Source of the DNA: Paracoccaceae bacterium | GTDB taxonomy: Bacteria; Pseudomonadota; Alphaproteobacteria; Rhodobacterales; Rhodobacteraceae | Reading direction: 5' to 3' | Assembly (NCBI GenBank): GCA_024304875.1 | Contig: JAMWZF010000001.1 | Location: forward strand, 1 to 50,782 | DNA length: 50,782 nucleotides | Shown: positions 9,537-19,543 of the stretch, piece after piece | How the letters are laid out: each line of letters begins with the position of its first letter | Numbering within the stretch: the first letter of the stretch is position 1 | Notes under the pieces: generated by a model | Told to the model about the DNA's origin: nothing | What the model saw: only the letters and a program-made list of their open reading frames with translations | The model's database searches: none | Position numbers and translations under genes: made by a program

Positions 9537-10519
9537 GGACGCGCTGCCTTTTCGGTCGCGGGGAGGTGCGGCTGACCGGACCCCGCCATCGTCCGCGACA
9601 CCATCCCGTATTCATCCCTGAGCCGGGCGAAATGAGACAGGATCCGGTCCAGACCGGCAAGGTTGGCGGCCAGGTCGGCCCCGAAGTTGTGCGGATGCCA
9701 CCACAGGTGAACCCCGGCACCGGTCCGGGCGGCCCGCGTCATCGCCCGCTCGAGGACCGAGAGGTGCCGGCCGTGAAGCGCCGCCAGCCGCCCGGCACGG
9801 GGCCGCAGGAAGTGGCTGGCCGGGACGTTGTCGCCCCCGGGCCGGTAGAGATGCGGGCCCAGGACCCCGGTATGGGCATCGACCAGCCGCATCAGCCGCC
9901 GCGGCAGGGTCTGGCCAGCCCCCGCGGCGGGGCGGTAGGCCCAGGCGGCCGGATTGCCCCGGTAGCGCCGGATGCCCCGGTGCCGGATGATCTCCAGATG
10001 CGCCGGGCCGTACTGGTTGCGGGGAAAGACGATGGAGCGCAGCGTGATGCCCCGCGCCGCCGCCACCCGGCAGGCGGCATCGAGATCGGCGGCAAAGCTC
10101 TCGGGGCTGGCGCCCTCCTCGAGGCAATAGAAATGGGACATCGTGTGGGTCGCGATCTCCTGCCCCGGGCAGCCGGCGATCCGCGCGATGAGCGAGGCGC
10201 CGAAGTAATGGGGGTCGCTGGACTCGTCGGCACCGACCTCGTCCAGGTAGCGGTAGTTCGACAGCGCCGCGCGCGCGTAGCGCGGCCGCAGCTCCTCGGG
10301 CGGCAAGGCTTCCATCAGTTCCTCGCGGCTTTCGCAGAACAGGGCCCCGACGGTTGCCCAGGTCGCCTGCACGCCGTGCCGCTCGAAGCGCTCGAGCATC
10401 GCCGGGATCGCCTCCCGCCCGCCCAGGATGTTGGCGCCGTAGCCGGCCCGCGTGGCATGGTCGCGCATCCCCCAGAGGAGTTCGAAATCCAGCGACAGGA
10501 CAAGCTCCCCGCCGCTCAT
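9533..10519 (-). CDS. Polysaccharide deacetylase (NodB-homology, exosortase-locus type)
   Basis: LSLDFELLWGMRD..GVQATWATVG..EIATHTMSHFY..IVFPRNQY. I trimmed the track ORF (start 10558) to the ATG at 10519, which overlaps the upstream stop as ATGA. Confidence 0.8.
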   Translation of the reverse strand: MSGGELVLSLDFELLWGMRDHATRAGYGANILGGREAIPAMLERFERHGVQATWATVGALFCESREELMEALPPEELRPRYARAALSNYRYLDEVGADESSDPHYFGASLIARIAGCPGQEIATHTMSHFYCLEEGASPESFAADLDAACRVAAARGITLRSIVFPRNQYGPAHLEIIRHRGIRRYRGNPAAWAYRPAAGAGQTLPRRLMRLVDAHTGVLGPHLYRPGGDNVPASHFLRPRAGRLAALHGRHLSVLERAMTRAARTGAGVHLWWHPHNFGADLAANLAGLDRILSHFARLRDEYGMVSRTMAGSGQPHLPATEKAARP

Positions 10520-11664
10520 CGGGACGCCGTCCCCGCCGGCAGGCCCAAGGCCTCGCACCAGGCGTCCATGACCCGCTCGGGCGCGAAGCGCCGGGTGACC
10601 GCCGGCGCCGCCGCGGCCAGGGAGGCGCGCAGCCCCGCATCCCCCATCGCCCGGTCCAGGGCCTCGGCCAGCGCCGGGACGGTCAGGTCGCGGACCAGCA
10701 GGCCGTCCACCCCGTCCTGGATGATCTCGTCCGGTCCGGTGTCGCAGGCGAAGGCCACGCTGGCGACGCCTGCGCCCATCGCCTCGACGAGCACGTTGGG
10801 AAACCCCTCGAAGCGCGAACTGAGGACGAAGAGATCCGCCGCCGCGTACCAGTCCGGGACATTGCCCAGATGACCGGGCAGGATCACCCTCTCGGCCAGT
10901 CCGAACCGGGCGGCCGCATCCAGGATGTCCTGACCCGAGATCCCCCCTTCCGACCGGTCGGCCAGCAGGCCGGGGATGGCGAGGTCCCAGTCCGGGTAGT
11001 CCTCCGCAAGACCGGCGAAGGCCTCGACCAGGATGTCGAAGCCCTTCTGGAACGGCTTGGTCCCGACCGCCAGCAGCAGCCTGCGCCCCGGGCGCAGGAC
11101 CTCCTCCGGCCGGACGAAGGGCGGCCCGGAGGGCAGATCGGCCTGGACGGCATTGGGGATGATGGCCACCCGGCGGCTGCCCGTCTCCCGGCGCAGCCAG
11201 TCGCCGATCGGCTGGGTCTGGGCCACCTGCGCATCCGAGAAGCGGTAGACGAGGCGGCGCATCGCCGTCCAGATCCGGTCCTGCCGGCGATGCCAGGGGG
11301 CGTTGCGCTCCGACACGACGACCCGCACCCGCAGGCCGAGGGCGGCCACGACGGAGACGACCGATTCATGGGGCATCATCGCCAGCAGCGACGTCACCCG
11401 GTGCCGGCGCAGCACCCGGCGGACGCTGAGGCAGCGGCGGATGTTGATGAGGAGCTTGCCCGGCAGCGTGCTGCGCCCCTCGTCGAAACCCACGGTCTCG
11501 CGCCGGATGCCCTCCGGCAGGGTGAAGAAATCCGCCTTGGGCGCGGAATGGGTCAGCACCACGACGTCATGGCCGCGCCGGTGCAGCTCGGTGGCGAGCC
11601 AGACCGTCACACGCTCCGCGCCGCCCGCCTTGAGCGTGCCGATGAAGAGACAGACGCTGCTCAT
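10516..11664 (-). CDS. Glycosyltransferase, GT-B fold (GT4-like)
   Basis: Lower part of the 701-aa track ORF: MSSVCLFIGTLKAGGAERV..SSRFEGFPNVLVEAMGAGVASVAF. The ATG at 11664 overlaps the upstream stop (ATGA). Confidence 0.85.
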   Translation of the reverse strand: MSSVCLFIGTLKAGGAERVTVWLATELHRRGHDVVVLTHSAPKADFFTLPEGIRRETVGFDEGRSTLPGKLLINIRRCLSVRRVLRRHRVTSLLAMMPHESVVSVVAALGLRVRVVVSERNAPWHRRQDRIWTAMRRLVYRFSDAQVAQTQPIGDWLRRETGSRRVAIIPNAVQADLPSGPPFVRPEEVLRPGRRLLLAVGTKPFQKGFDILVEAFAGLAEDYPDWDLAIPGLLADRSEGGISGQDILDAAARFGLAERVILPGHLGNVPDWYAAADLFVLSSRFEGFPNVLVEAMGAGVASVAFACDTGPDEIIQDGVDGLLVRDLTVPALAEALDRAMGDAGLRASLAAAAPAVTRRFAPERVMDAWCEALGLPAGTASR

Positions 11665-12437
11665 GCCGAGGAGCCTCCGCGCACCCGGCGCAGCAGCCGG
11701 CCCGCGGCGCGGCGGGGCCAGCCCAGCACCCGCTTCCGGGCCAGGGCGGCCAGCCAGGCGCGGCGGCTGACGAAGGAATAGCGGTAGAAATGACAGATCC
11801 GGGGCCGCGCCTCGCGCCGGCCCCAGAGCCAGAGGTACTTGGGATAGCGGATGTTGTATTCGGGCGGCAGCGTGGCGACGTGCAGGTCCGAATTCCACAG
11901 CAGCTCGCGCAGGGTCACCTGGTCCTTGCGAAAGCCCGCCTCCCGGTAGCTCTCCGACCAGGCCTGCAGCAGCGCGCGGGTCTGGGGGTTGCGGCGCACC
12001 GCCACGACGCCGGTGTTGAACTGCGGATAGGCCTCGGGCAGCGCCCGGATCCAGACGGCCTGCGTCTCGGCGCGGACGCGGGCATGGGCATGGGCCATCG
12101 CGATGTCGAACCGCTCCAGAAGGTCGAAGAGCTCGCTCACGTCCTCGAGCACGCGGATGTCGGCGTCGAGGAACAGGGTGCGCTCGAAGGGAGAGTTCAT
12201 CAGGCAGTCGACCTTGGAGCGGTGATGCGCCCCCTCGAGCTCGATCACCGGGTCGAAGATGTCGGCAAGCGGATGGCCGAGGGCGCCGGCATCGGTGAAG
12301 AGCGCGATCGGCACTTCCGGCATGTGCCGGCGCACCGACCGGGCCGCGGCCTCGGCGCAGGCGATGTAGCGCGCGCCGGTGGCGACGAAGACGACGCCGG
12401 AGCTCGGGGCTTGGGCCGGGGACGAGGTCTCGGTCAT
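11661..12437 (-). CDS. GT-A fold nucleotide-diphospho-sugar transferase (GT8-like)
   Basis: MTETSSP..VVFVATGARYI..TLFLDADIRV (DxD)..QFNTGVV. The ATG at 12437 overlaps the upstream stop (ATGA). Confidence 0.6.
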   Translation of the reverse strand: MTETSSPAQAPSSGVVFVATGARYIACAEAAARSVRRHMPEVPIALFTDAGALGHPLADIFDPVIELEGAHHRSKVDCLMNSPFERTLFLDADIRVLEDVSELFDLLERFDIAMAHAHARVRAETQAVWIRALPEAYPQFNTGVVAVRRNPQTRALLQAWSESYREAGFRKDQVTLRELLWNSDLHVATLPPEYNIRYPKYLWLWGRREARPRICHFYRYSFVSRRAWLAALARKRVLGWPRRAAGRLLRRVRGGSSA

Positions 12438-13192
12438 GTCCAGGCGGCTTTCCGCAGCTCGGCATGGATCCGGGCCGGGTCCATGCGGTCGCGCAGCCGG
12501 ACGATGCCCCGCGCGAGGCGATAGTCGGCCGTCGGGGCGGCCCTGGCCCGGCGCATCCCCGGCCTGCGGCAATCGACGAGGTCGCGCCCGACATGGGCAG
12601 ACAGGGCCTGCAGGCCGTCATCCGCCGTCATGAAGTCGGCATAGTCGAGTAGCAGCATCTCGGGATGCCGGCGCTTCACCTCCAGAAGGTGCCGGTTGTA
12701 GACGCACCAGGCGCGCAGGGCGTCGGGCAGGTAGGCCGGATCGCGGCTGATCCAGCGGCGGCCGGCCCGCTTGAGGTAGTGGCCGAAGACCTCGACCGGA
12801 TCGCGGAAGACGCCGACCAGCCGCGGCGCCTCCAGCATCTCCTCCCAGAAGTCGAAGGTCAGCAGCGTCCGCGGGTCCTTGAACCCCCAGGGCCCGGCCC
12901 CGGCGAGGCCGTCGATCACCGCCCGGGCGCGCGCGCGGTGCGCCGGCGTGACCGCATCCGTAGCCAGAGGACGGATCACCCGGAAACTGTGGCCGCCGTC
13001 GTCGCGCAGAAGCTCCATGTTGAGCTCCCGGGTCTCGGCGCGCTCCATCTTGTTGCCGTCGTCATAGCCGCCCGCCGCCATGTCGCCCACCATCGGGATG
13101 CCGCTGCGATGCAGGGTATCGGCGATCAGGGTCGTGCCGGACTTGTGCATGCCGAGAAGGACGATCACCAAGGCCCAAAACCCCGATGACAC
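12434..13192 (-). CDS. Sulfotransferase family protein
   Basis: 252-aa ORF. LLGMHKSGTTLI is a PAPS 5'-phosphosulfate-binding loop. GTG start, position uncertain. Confidence 0.7.
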   Translation of the reverse strand: MSSGFWALVIVLLGMHKSGTTLIADTLHRSGIPMVGDMAAGGYDDGNKMERAETRELNMELLRDDGGHSFRVIRPLATDAVTPAHRARARAVIDGLAGAGPWGFKDPRTLLTFDFWEEMLEAPRLVGVFRDPVEVFGHYLKRAGRRWISRDPAYLPDALRAWCVYNRHLLEVKRRHPEMLLLDYADFMTADDGLQALSAHVGRDLVDCRRPGMRRARAAPTADYRLARGIVRLRDRMDPARIHAELRKAAWT

Positions 13193-13250
13193 CCGCCGTC
13201 AGGGCGGCCTGACGGGACGGATGGAGCGGACGACAGGAGGTCTGCGGTCT

Positions 13251-14294
13251 TCACCAGCCGAGCCCCAGGAAACAGGGACCTTGCGTCGCCTCGGGAAACT
13301 GGATCCCGTTCTGCCGGCCGTTCCACTCCATGACGCAGACTTCTCCCGAACGATCCACACAGACATCCCAACCGATACACCGCACGAAGGGGACGACCCG
13401 ATGCAGTCGTTTCACAACCTCGACGGCCTCCCGGAACATCGGATAGTCGAACCCAGAGAAGGGCACGCCCGTATCGGTATGCCGGTCGACCTCGACCCAT
13501 CCGCCCGTAAACCCCGTATCGCTCAAGCGTCCGGTATTCAAACATACGGCAATGCGGATCTGCGAAGCGTCCGTGACACGGGTGTCCTCCCCGGTCCCCA
13601 GCCTCAGGTGAGCACTGCGAAGCTCCACCAGCCCTTCGGTGTTCAATACGGTGTTCAGACGGAGAGTCGAAACCGCTTCGGAAAAAAACGCGGAGAGACC
13701 GGCGTCCTGGTCGATGAAACTTTGGAAAACACCGGATTCGGAAGTCTTTTCCATGAATTCAGCGGGCTTAAAAGACTCTGGATCGAAAATCCAAACTCCC
13801 ATACCCTTCCGTGACATGTCGGACTTGAATACCACCCGCTCCCGCGAAGAAAAAAGAAAACTCTTCGCTTCCGATGGTGAAAATACTTGTCCGTCGCTGT
13901 CGGAGAATATTCCGTTTGCATACGTCAAGAGATCCGGAAAGCGATCTGATCGGAATATGATCCGGCTCATCGACTTCAAACCGGAAATTCGCCCGTGCTG
14001 ACCCTGTATTTTCGGGACAATGATACGCCCCCAATAGTTGGGGGCCAGCCATCCCTCCCGAAATTCCCCTGCAACCCTGGAATACACATAGAACCACGGC
14101 GCGTAATTTCTGCTTCCCAATACATCGACAGAGTACTCGTCACACTTTTTCTTGATATTTTCCGGCAAGGGCCCCCTCTGCCGCTCCAGGGATTTGAGCG
14201 CACGAAGAGCATTATTTATGCTCTTTTCATGATAAGCACGATCCTCCTGTTTTGCTCTTATATTTCGAATTGATTTTTTTGCTTTATTCAACAC
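13251..14294 (-). CDS. Sugar-transfer-associated ATP-grasp family protein
   Basis: 347-aa ORF in a markedly AT-richer segment. C-terminal IGWDVCVDRSGEVCVMEWN is the ATP-grasp Mg/ATP motif. GTG start. Confidence 0.6.
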   Translation of the reverse strand: MLNKAKKSIRNIRAKQEDRAYHEKSINNALRALKSLERQRGPLPENIKKKCDEYSVDVLGSRNYAPWFYVYSRVAGEFREGWLAPNYWGRIIVPKIQGQHGRISGLKSMSRIIFRSDRFPDLLTYANGIFSDSDGQVFSPSEAKSFLFSSRERVVFKSDMSRKGMGVWIFDPESFKPAEFMEKTSESGVFQSFIDQDAGLSAFFSEAVSTLRLNTVLNTEGLVELRSAHLRLGTGEDTRVTDASQIRIAVCLNTGRLSDTGFTGGWVEVDRHTDTGVPFSGFDYPMFREAVEVVKRLHRVVPFVRCIGWDVCVDRSGEVCVMEWNGRQNGIQFPEATQGPCFLGLGW

Positions 14295-14368
14295 CTGCGA
14301 AACACCTTAACTTTATATTATTTGCACAAGATTCGAGTCAGAAGAATCCGCCCTGTCAAATCCCAGTC

Positions 14369-15274
14369 TCATGGCAGATAGGCCTGGCCGATGTCCTCGA
14401 TCAGCCGCGCTTCCGCCGCTTCCCACATTTTCCCCAGTTTCCTGTCCCATTCCGGATTGAACTTCTGAAGGGAGTTGCTCTTCCACAGACTGCCGGGTCG
14501 CAAGGTCACTTCTCCCAGAAAGATGTCGTCGTCCGACTCGTAGAGGTCCACGCGCATGAAAGGCGTCGGGACGGAGCGGGAGACGGCTTCGGCCGCCTTG
14601 ACGAGGGCCGCGAAATTCCGGGGCGGCGGCAGGGCCGAGACATAGGCAAAGCCGTGCAGGTCGATTCTGCCGATGTCCCGACCCTCTGCAGACCACATCT
14701 TGTACTTCTTCTTCATGGCACTGTTCAGTTCCAGCTGCCGGACGAACCCCACCTCTCCGTAGAAGGCAAAGACCTTCCAGTTCATCGACGGCTGTCCGCC
14801 CGCTTCGATGAGGTCTTCGGCAATCAGGGGGACGCCGTCGAACCTTTCCAGACCGACCTTGCGCAGGTGTGTCAGATCGGCCGGATAGCGCTCGCCCGAG
14901 ACGATGTTGACGAGCTGCGCCCCGCTCTTCTCCAGCAGGAACACGCCGTTCGCCCCCGACCCGACAAGAGGTTTGACGACGAACCTGCCGGGAAGCGCAT
15001 CCAGGTCGAACCGGCCCAGGTCGTCGTAGGGGCCCTGAAGGATTTCGGCGGTGCGCACCCCGGCCTTCCGCGCGACCTCCTTCTGTCCGATCTTCGTCTC
15101 GATGTCGTAGATCGGACCCTGGGACACGCCCCGGTTGGCACGGACCAGATCAGCCAGCCGCTTTCTTTCCGCCAGCTTGGCATAGAAACTCGGCCCCGGA
15201 ATCCTGCGGCGCCGGTAGGTGTCGCGATAGCGGGTGAGCCGTTCGCCGATCCGGCCGAAAACGTCCGATGTCAT
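14369..15274 (-). CDS. TupA-like ATP-grasp ligase
   Basis: 301-aa ORF: FVVKPLVGSGANGVFLL..LIAEDLI..WKVFAFYGEVGFV..MRVDLYESDDDIFLGEVTLRPG matches the TupA-like ATP-grasp pattern. Confidence 0.7.
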   Translation of the reverse strand: MTSDVFGRIGERLTRYRDTYRRRRIPGPSFYAKLAERKRLADLVRANRGVSQGPIYDIETKIGQKEVARKAGVRTAEILQGPYDDLGRFDLDALPGRFVVKPLVGSGANGVFLLEKSGAQLVNIVSGERYPADLTHLRKVGLERFDGVPLIAEDLIEAGGQPSMNWKVFAFYGEVGFVRQLELNSAMKKKYKMWSAEGRDIGRIDLHGFAYVSALPPPRNFAALVKAAEAVSRSVPTPFMRVDLYESDDDIFLGEVTLRPGSLWKSNSLQKFNPEWDRKLGKMWEAAEARLIEDIGQAYLP

Positions 15275-15278
15275 TGTC

Positions 15279-17120
15279 TCAGCCCTCGCTTCCCAGGCTG
15301 GTGAGCGTGCGGAACACCGCGTTCTCCGCCGCCAGCCGCTCCCAGGTATCGAAGCCCGCCACCCGGCCCTTGTCGAGCACCAGGATCCGGTCGCAGCGGC
15401 GCACGGTGCTGAGCCGGTGGGCGATCATGATCAGGGTCTTGTCGCCGGGCAGCCCCTCGGTCGCCGCCATCACCTCCTGTTCGGTGACGTTGTCGAGGGC
15501 CGAAGTCGCCTCGTCGAAGACGATCAGGTCGGCGTCGCGGTAGAGCGCCCGGGCGATCCCGATCCGCTGTCGCTGCCCCCCCGACAGGCGCAGGCCCCGC
15601 TCGCCGATGGGGGTGTCGTAGCCCTGGGGCAGCTCGGTCCGGATGAAGGCGTCGAGCTGGGCGTGCCGGGCCGCATTCTCGACCTCGCCCCGGTCGATCT
15701 TGCCCGGCGGCACGCCGAAGGCGATGTTCTCGGCGATGCTGGAATCCAGAAGGTAGATGTCCTGGGGCACGTATCCCACGACGCTCCGCCAGCCCGTCAG
15801 GTTGTCGGAGGTCACCATCTCTCCGTCGACGCGGATGGTGCCGGCGGTCGGCCGCAGCAGGCCCAGGAGGATGTCGGCGAGGGTGGTCTTGCCCGCCCCG
15901 CTGGTGCCGACGACGCCGATCCGCTCTCCGGCCCGGATCTGCAGGGTCACCGAATCCAGCCCGGCCCGTTCGGCATTCGGGTAGCGATAGCTGATCCGGT
16001 CGAGATCGAGCGTGTCGCGCAGCCGCAGGGGCGTCGTCGTGCGGTTCGGGGTTCGCGGCGCCGCGACCCCGCTCGTCAGCCCTTCGTAGACCGCGTCGAC
16101 CGCCGCATGGCCGTAGCGCAGCGATCCGATGCTGGCATACAGACGGCTGAGTTCCGGCATCAGGCGCTGCGCCGCCAGGGCCATGACGCCGAGGGTCGGA
16201 ACCAGCTCGGCCATGGTTCCGGCTGGATCGGAGTCTCCTCCGTCGAGCATGATCAGGCAGATCAGGATGACCCCCGAGAAGACCATCGTCTGGATCAGAT
16301 AGGGCGGCATCTGGGTCAGGACCGCCTTGCCGACGTTCGAGCGCGCCATCTCCTCGGACTGCCGGGAAAAGCGCGACAGGAAGACACGTTCGCTTCCCAG
16401 CAGCTTGATGTCCTTGATCCCGGTCAGGGCCTCGCCGGCGGCCTTGAAGCGTCCCCTGTTGGCGATGTTCCGCACCTTGCCCAGCTTCTTCAGCTTCTTG
16501 CTGCTCGACCGCAATGTCAGGGCGAATATCACGGACAGGCACAGGATCGCCGAAAGGGAGATGACCGGGTCCACCCAGATGACGACCGCCAGGACCGTGC
16601 AGAGGGTGATCGTCGCCGAGATGGCCTCTGTCGCGGGGCGGATGAACGACTGCACCACGGTGCTCGTCTCGTTCAGGATGCGGGCGCTCATGTCGCTGGA
16701 ATGGGCCGTCAGGAAGTATTCGTAGGGCTGGTGCAGGTAATGGGCCAGCAGACGCTGGCTGATGCTGTGAATCCGCATCATGGCAAAGCGCGAGATGACG
16801 TAGATGCGCAGCATCTGCATCATGTTCGCCACGACGATCATCGCCATCGTGCCGACCCCCAGCGCGACGATGAAGGCGTATTGCGAGGAGAAGCCGAACC
16901 GGTCGTAGGCCCAGGAGAGCGGCCCCACCGTCTCGATCCGCGAGGGATCGGACAGGACCGTCAGGAACGGCAGGACCGAGCCGACCATGACCGCGGCACT
17001 GATCGCCGAGGCGATGACGACCGCCAGGACGATCAAGGCGGACCGCCGCTCGCGCGGCTCCAGCAACGCCCAGCCCCGGCGCCAGAGGGACGCGTTGGAC
17101 GATGACTCGTCCGTTACCAT
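15279..17120 (-). CDS. ABC transporter, fused permease/ATPase (MsbA/PglK-like exporter)
   Basis: 613 aa, taken from the 1173-aa track ORF and trimmed to ATG 17120 (MVTDESSS). Six-TM region, then Walker A GTSGAGKTT, signature LSGGQRQR and Walker B LIVFDEATSALD. Confidence 0.9.
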   Translation of the reverse strand: MVTDESSSNASLWRRGWALLEPRERRSALIVLAVVIASAISAAVMVGSVLPFLTVLSDPSRIETVGPLSWAYDRFGFSSQYAFIVALGVGTMAMIVVANMMQMLRIYVISRFAMMRIHSISQRLLAHYLHQPYEYFLTAHSSDMSARILNETSTVVQSFIRPATEAISATITLCTVLAVVIWVDPVISLSAILCLSVIFALTLRSSSKKLKKLGKVRNIANRGRFKAAGEALTGIKDIKLLGSERVFLSRFSRQSEEMARSNVGKAVLTQMPPYLIQTMVFSGVILICLIMLDGGDSDPAGTMAELVPTLGVMALAAQRLMPELSRLYASIGSLRYGHAAVDAVYEGLTSGVAAPRTPNRTTTPLRLRDTLDLDRISYRYPNAERAGLDSVTLQIRAGERIGVVGTSGAGKTTLADILLGLLRPTAGTIRVDGEMVTSDNLTGWRSVVGYVPQDIYLLDSSIAENIAFGVPPGKIDRGEVENAARHAQLDAFIRTELPQGYDTPIGERGLRLSGGQRQRIGIARALYRDADLIVFDEATSALDNVTEQEVMAATEGLPGDKTLIMIAHRLSTVRRCDRILVLDKGRVAGFDTWERLAAENAVFRTLTSLGSEG

Positions 17121-18253
17121 GAGGTGGCGGCGCGGGGTTTCCGGGACATCCGCCGCAGCAGATCGTTGCATTGCTTCTCTCCGAGGAAATACAGGGCCCA
17201 GCACGGCAGCAGGATGACGGGCAGGGCGAGGATCCAGATCCAGTAGCTCTCTATGTCTCTTGTGTTGATCCCGTAGGACTGGTCGAGGATCAGCTTGACC
17301 AGCTGGATGATGGCCCAGTGATAGATGTAGATCGAGTAGCTGAAGAACCCCCAGTTCAACAGCCGCCTCGATGTCCAGGAATGCGGAAGGTTGCGGATGC
17401 ACAGGACGGCGAAGCAGATCATCAGGAAGCTGGAGATGGCGTTCGGTCCGCCATAGGCCGTCTTGACGAGCAGGATGCCCAGCAGAAGCCCGAAGGAGAC
17501 CGCAACGAAGGGCCGGACCGACAGGACGGGGATGCGGTCGATGTAGTGATAGGCGACGACCCCGGACATGAACCAGAACGCGGCGTTGATCGCGAAGTTC
17601 ACCCATCTGGAGGAGGCCGGCAGCATCTCCGGCCCCCAGAACACGGCGCCGATCAGCGACAGCACGATGGAGGCGGCGAAGACCGCCGGAATGGCCGACC
17701 GCCGCCAGAGAAGGAGGGGACACAGAAGGTAGAAGATCACCTCGTAGGGCAGCGACCAGAACTGCGCCGTCATGGGAGAGGAGACCTTGACGTAGGTCGC
17801 CATCCAGAACAGCCCCTCGGCCGTGCAGAGATACTCGGCGCATTCCGCCGATCGGTCGTTCGCCGGGTCGAAGACGGTGTAGAGGACGCAGACGAAGGCA
17901 GCGAGCGCGATGGCCACCAGATAGGGTGGCCAGATCCGGATCAGACGGCGCTTGTAGAACTCCGGGGCCGACGAGGTGTGCAGCATCGAATGGGCCATGG
18001 CATAGCCGCTGACGCAAAAGAACAGGATGACGAACTCGATCCCCAACGAGGTGGCCTGCAGCAGGGCGATCGACGCGTAGTCGTAGAGGCCGAGAGGCTC
18101 GGTCGCCTCGGCGATGGTCCGCGCCCCGCCCTTGAAGAAATTGCCCCGCGTATGATTGATGACGACGTAGACGGCGGCCATGCCACGGATGAAATCCAGC
18201 ACATGGGTCGGCACGATCTCCGGCGCGGATTGTCCTGAGGGGGCGACGCTCAT
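17114..18253 (-). CDS. Acyltransferase family 3 membrane protein (no SGNH domain)
   Basis: 379-aa ORF: LDFIRGMAAVYVVINH..FFCVSGYAM..multiple TM helices. Confidence 0.8.
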   Translation of the reverse strand: MSVAPSGQSAPEIVPTHVLDFIRGMAAVYVVINHTRGNFFKGGARTIAEATEPLGLYDYASIALLQATSLGIEFVILFFCVSGYAMAHSMLHTSSAPEFYKRRLIRIWPPYLVAIALAAFVCVLYTVFDPANDRSAECAEYLCTAEGLFWMATYVKVSSPMTAQFWSLPYEVIFYLLCPLLLWRRSAIPAVFAASIVLSLIGAVFWGPEMLPASSRWVNFAINAAFWFMSGVVAYHYIDRIPVLSVRPFVAVSFGLLLGILLVKTAYGGPNAISSFLMICFAVLCIRNLPHSWTSRRLLNWGFFSYSIYIYHWAIIQLVKLILDQSYGINTRDIESYWIWILALPVILLPCWALYFLGEKQCNDLLRRMSRKPRAATSW

Positions 18254-18259
18254 GCCGTC

Positions 18260-19535
<1,276 letters not shown>

Positions 19536-19543
<8 letters not shown>

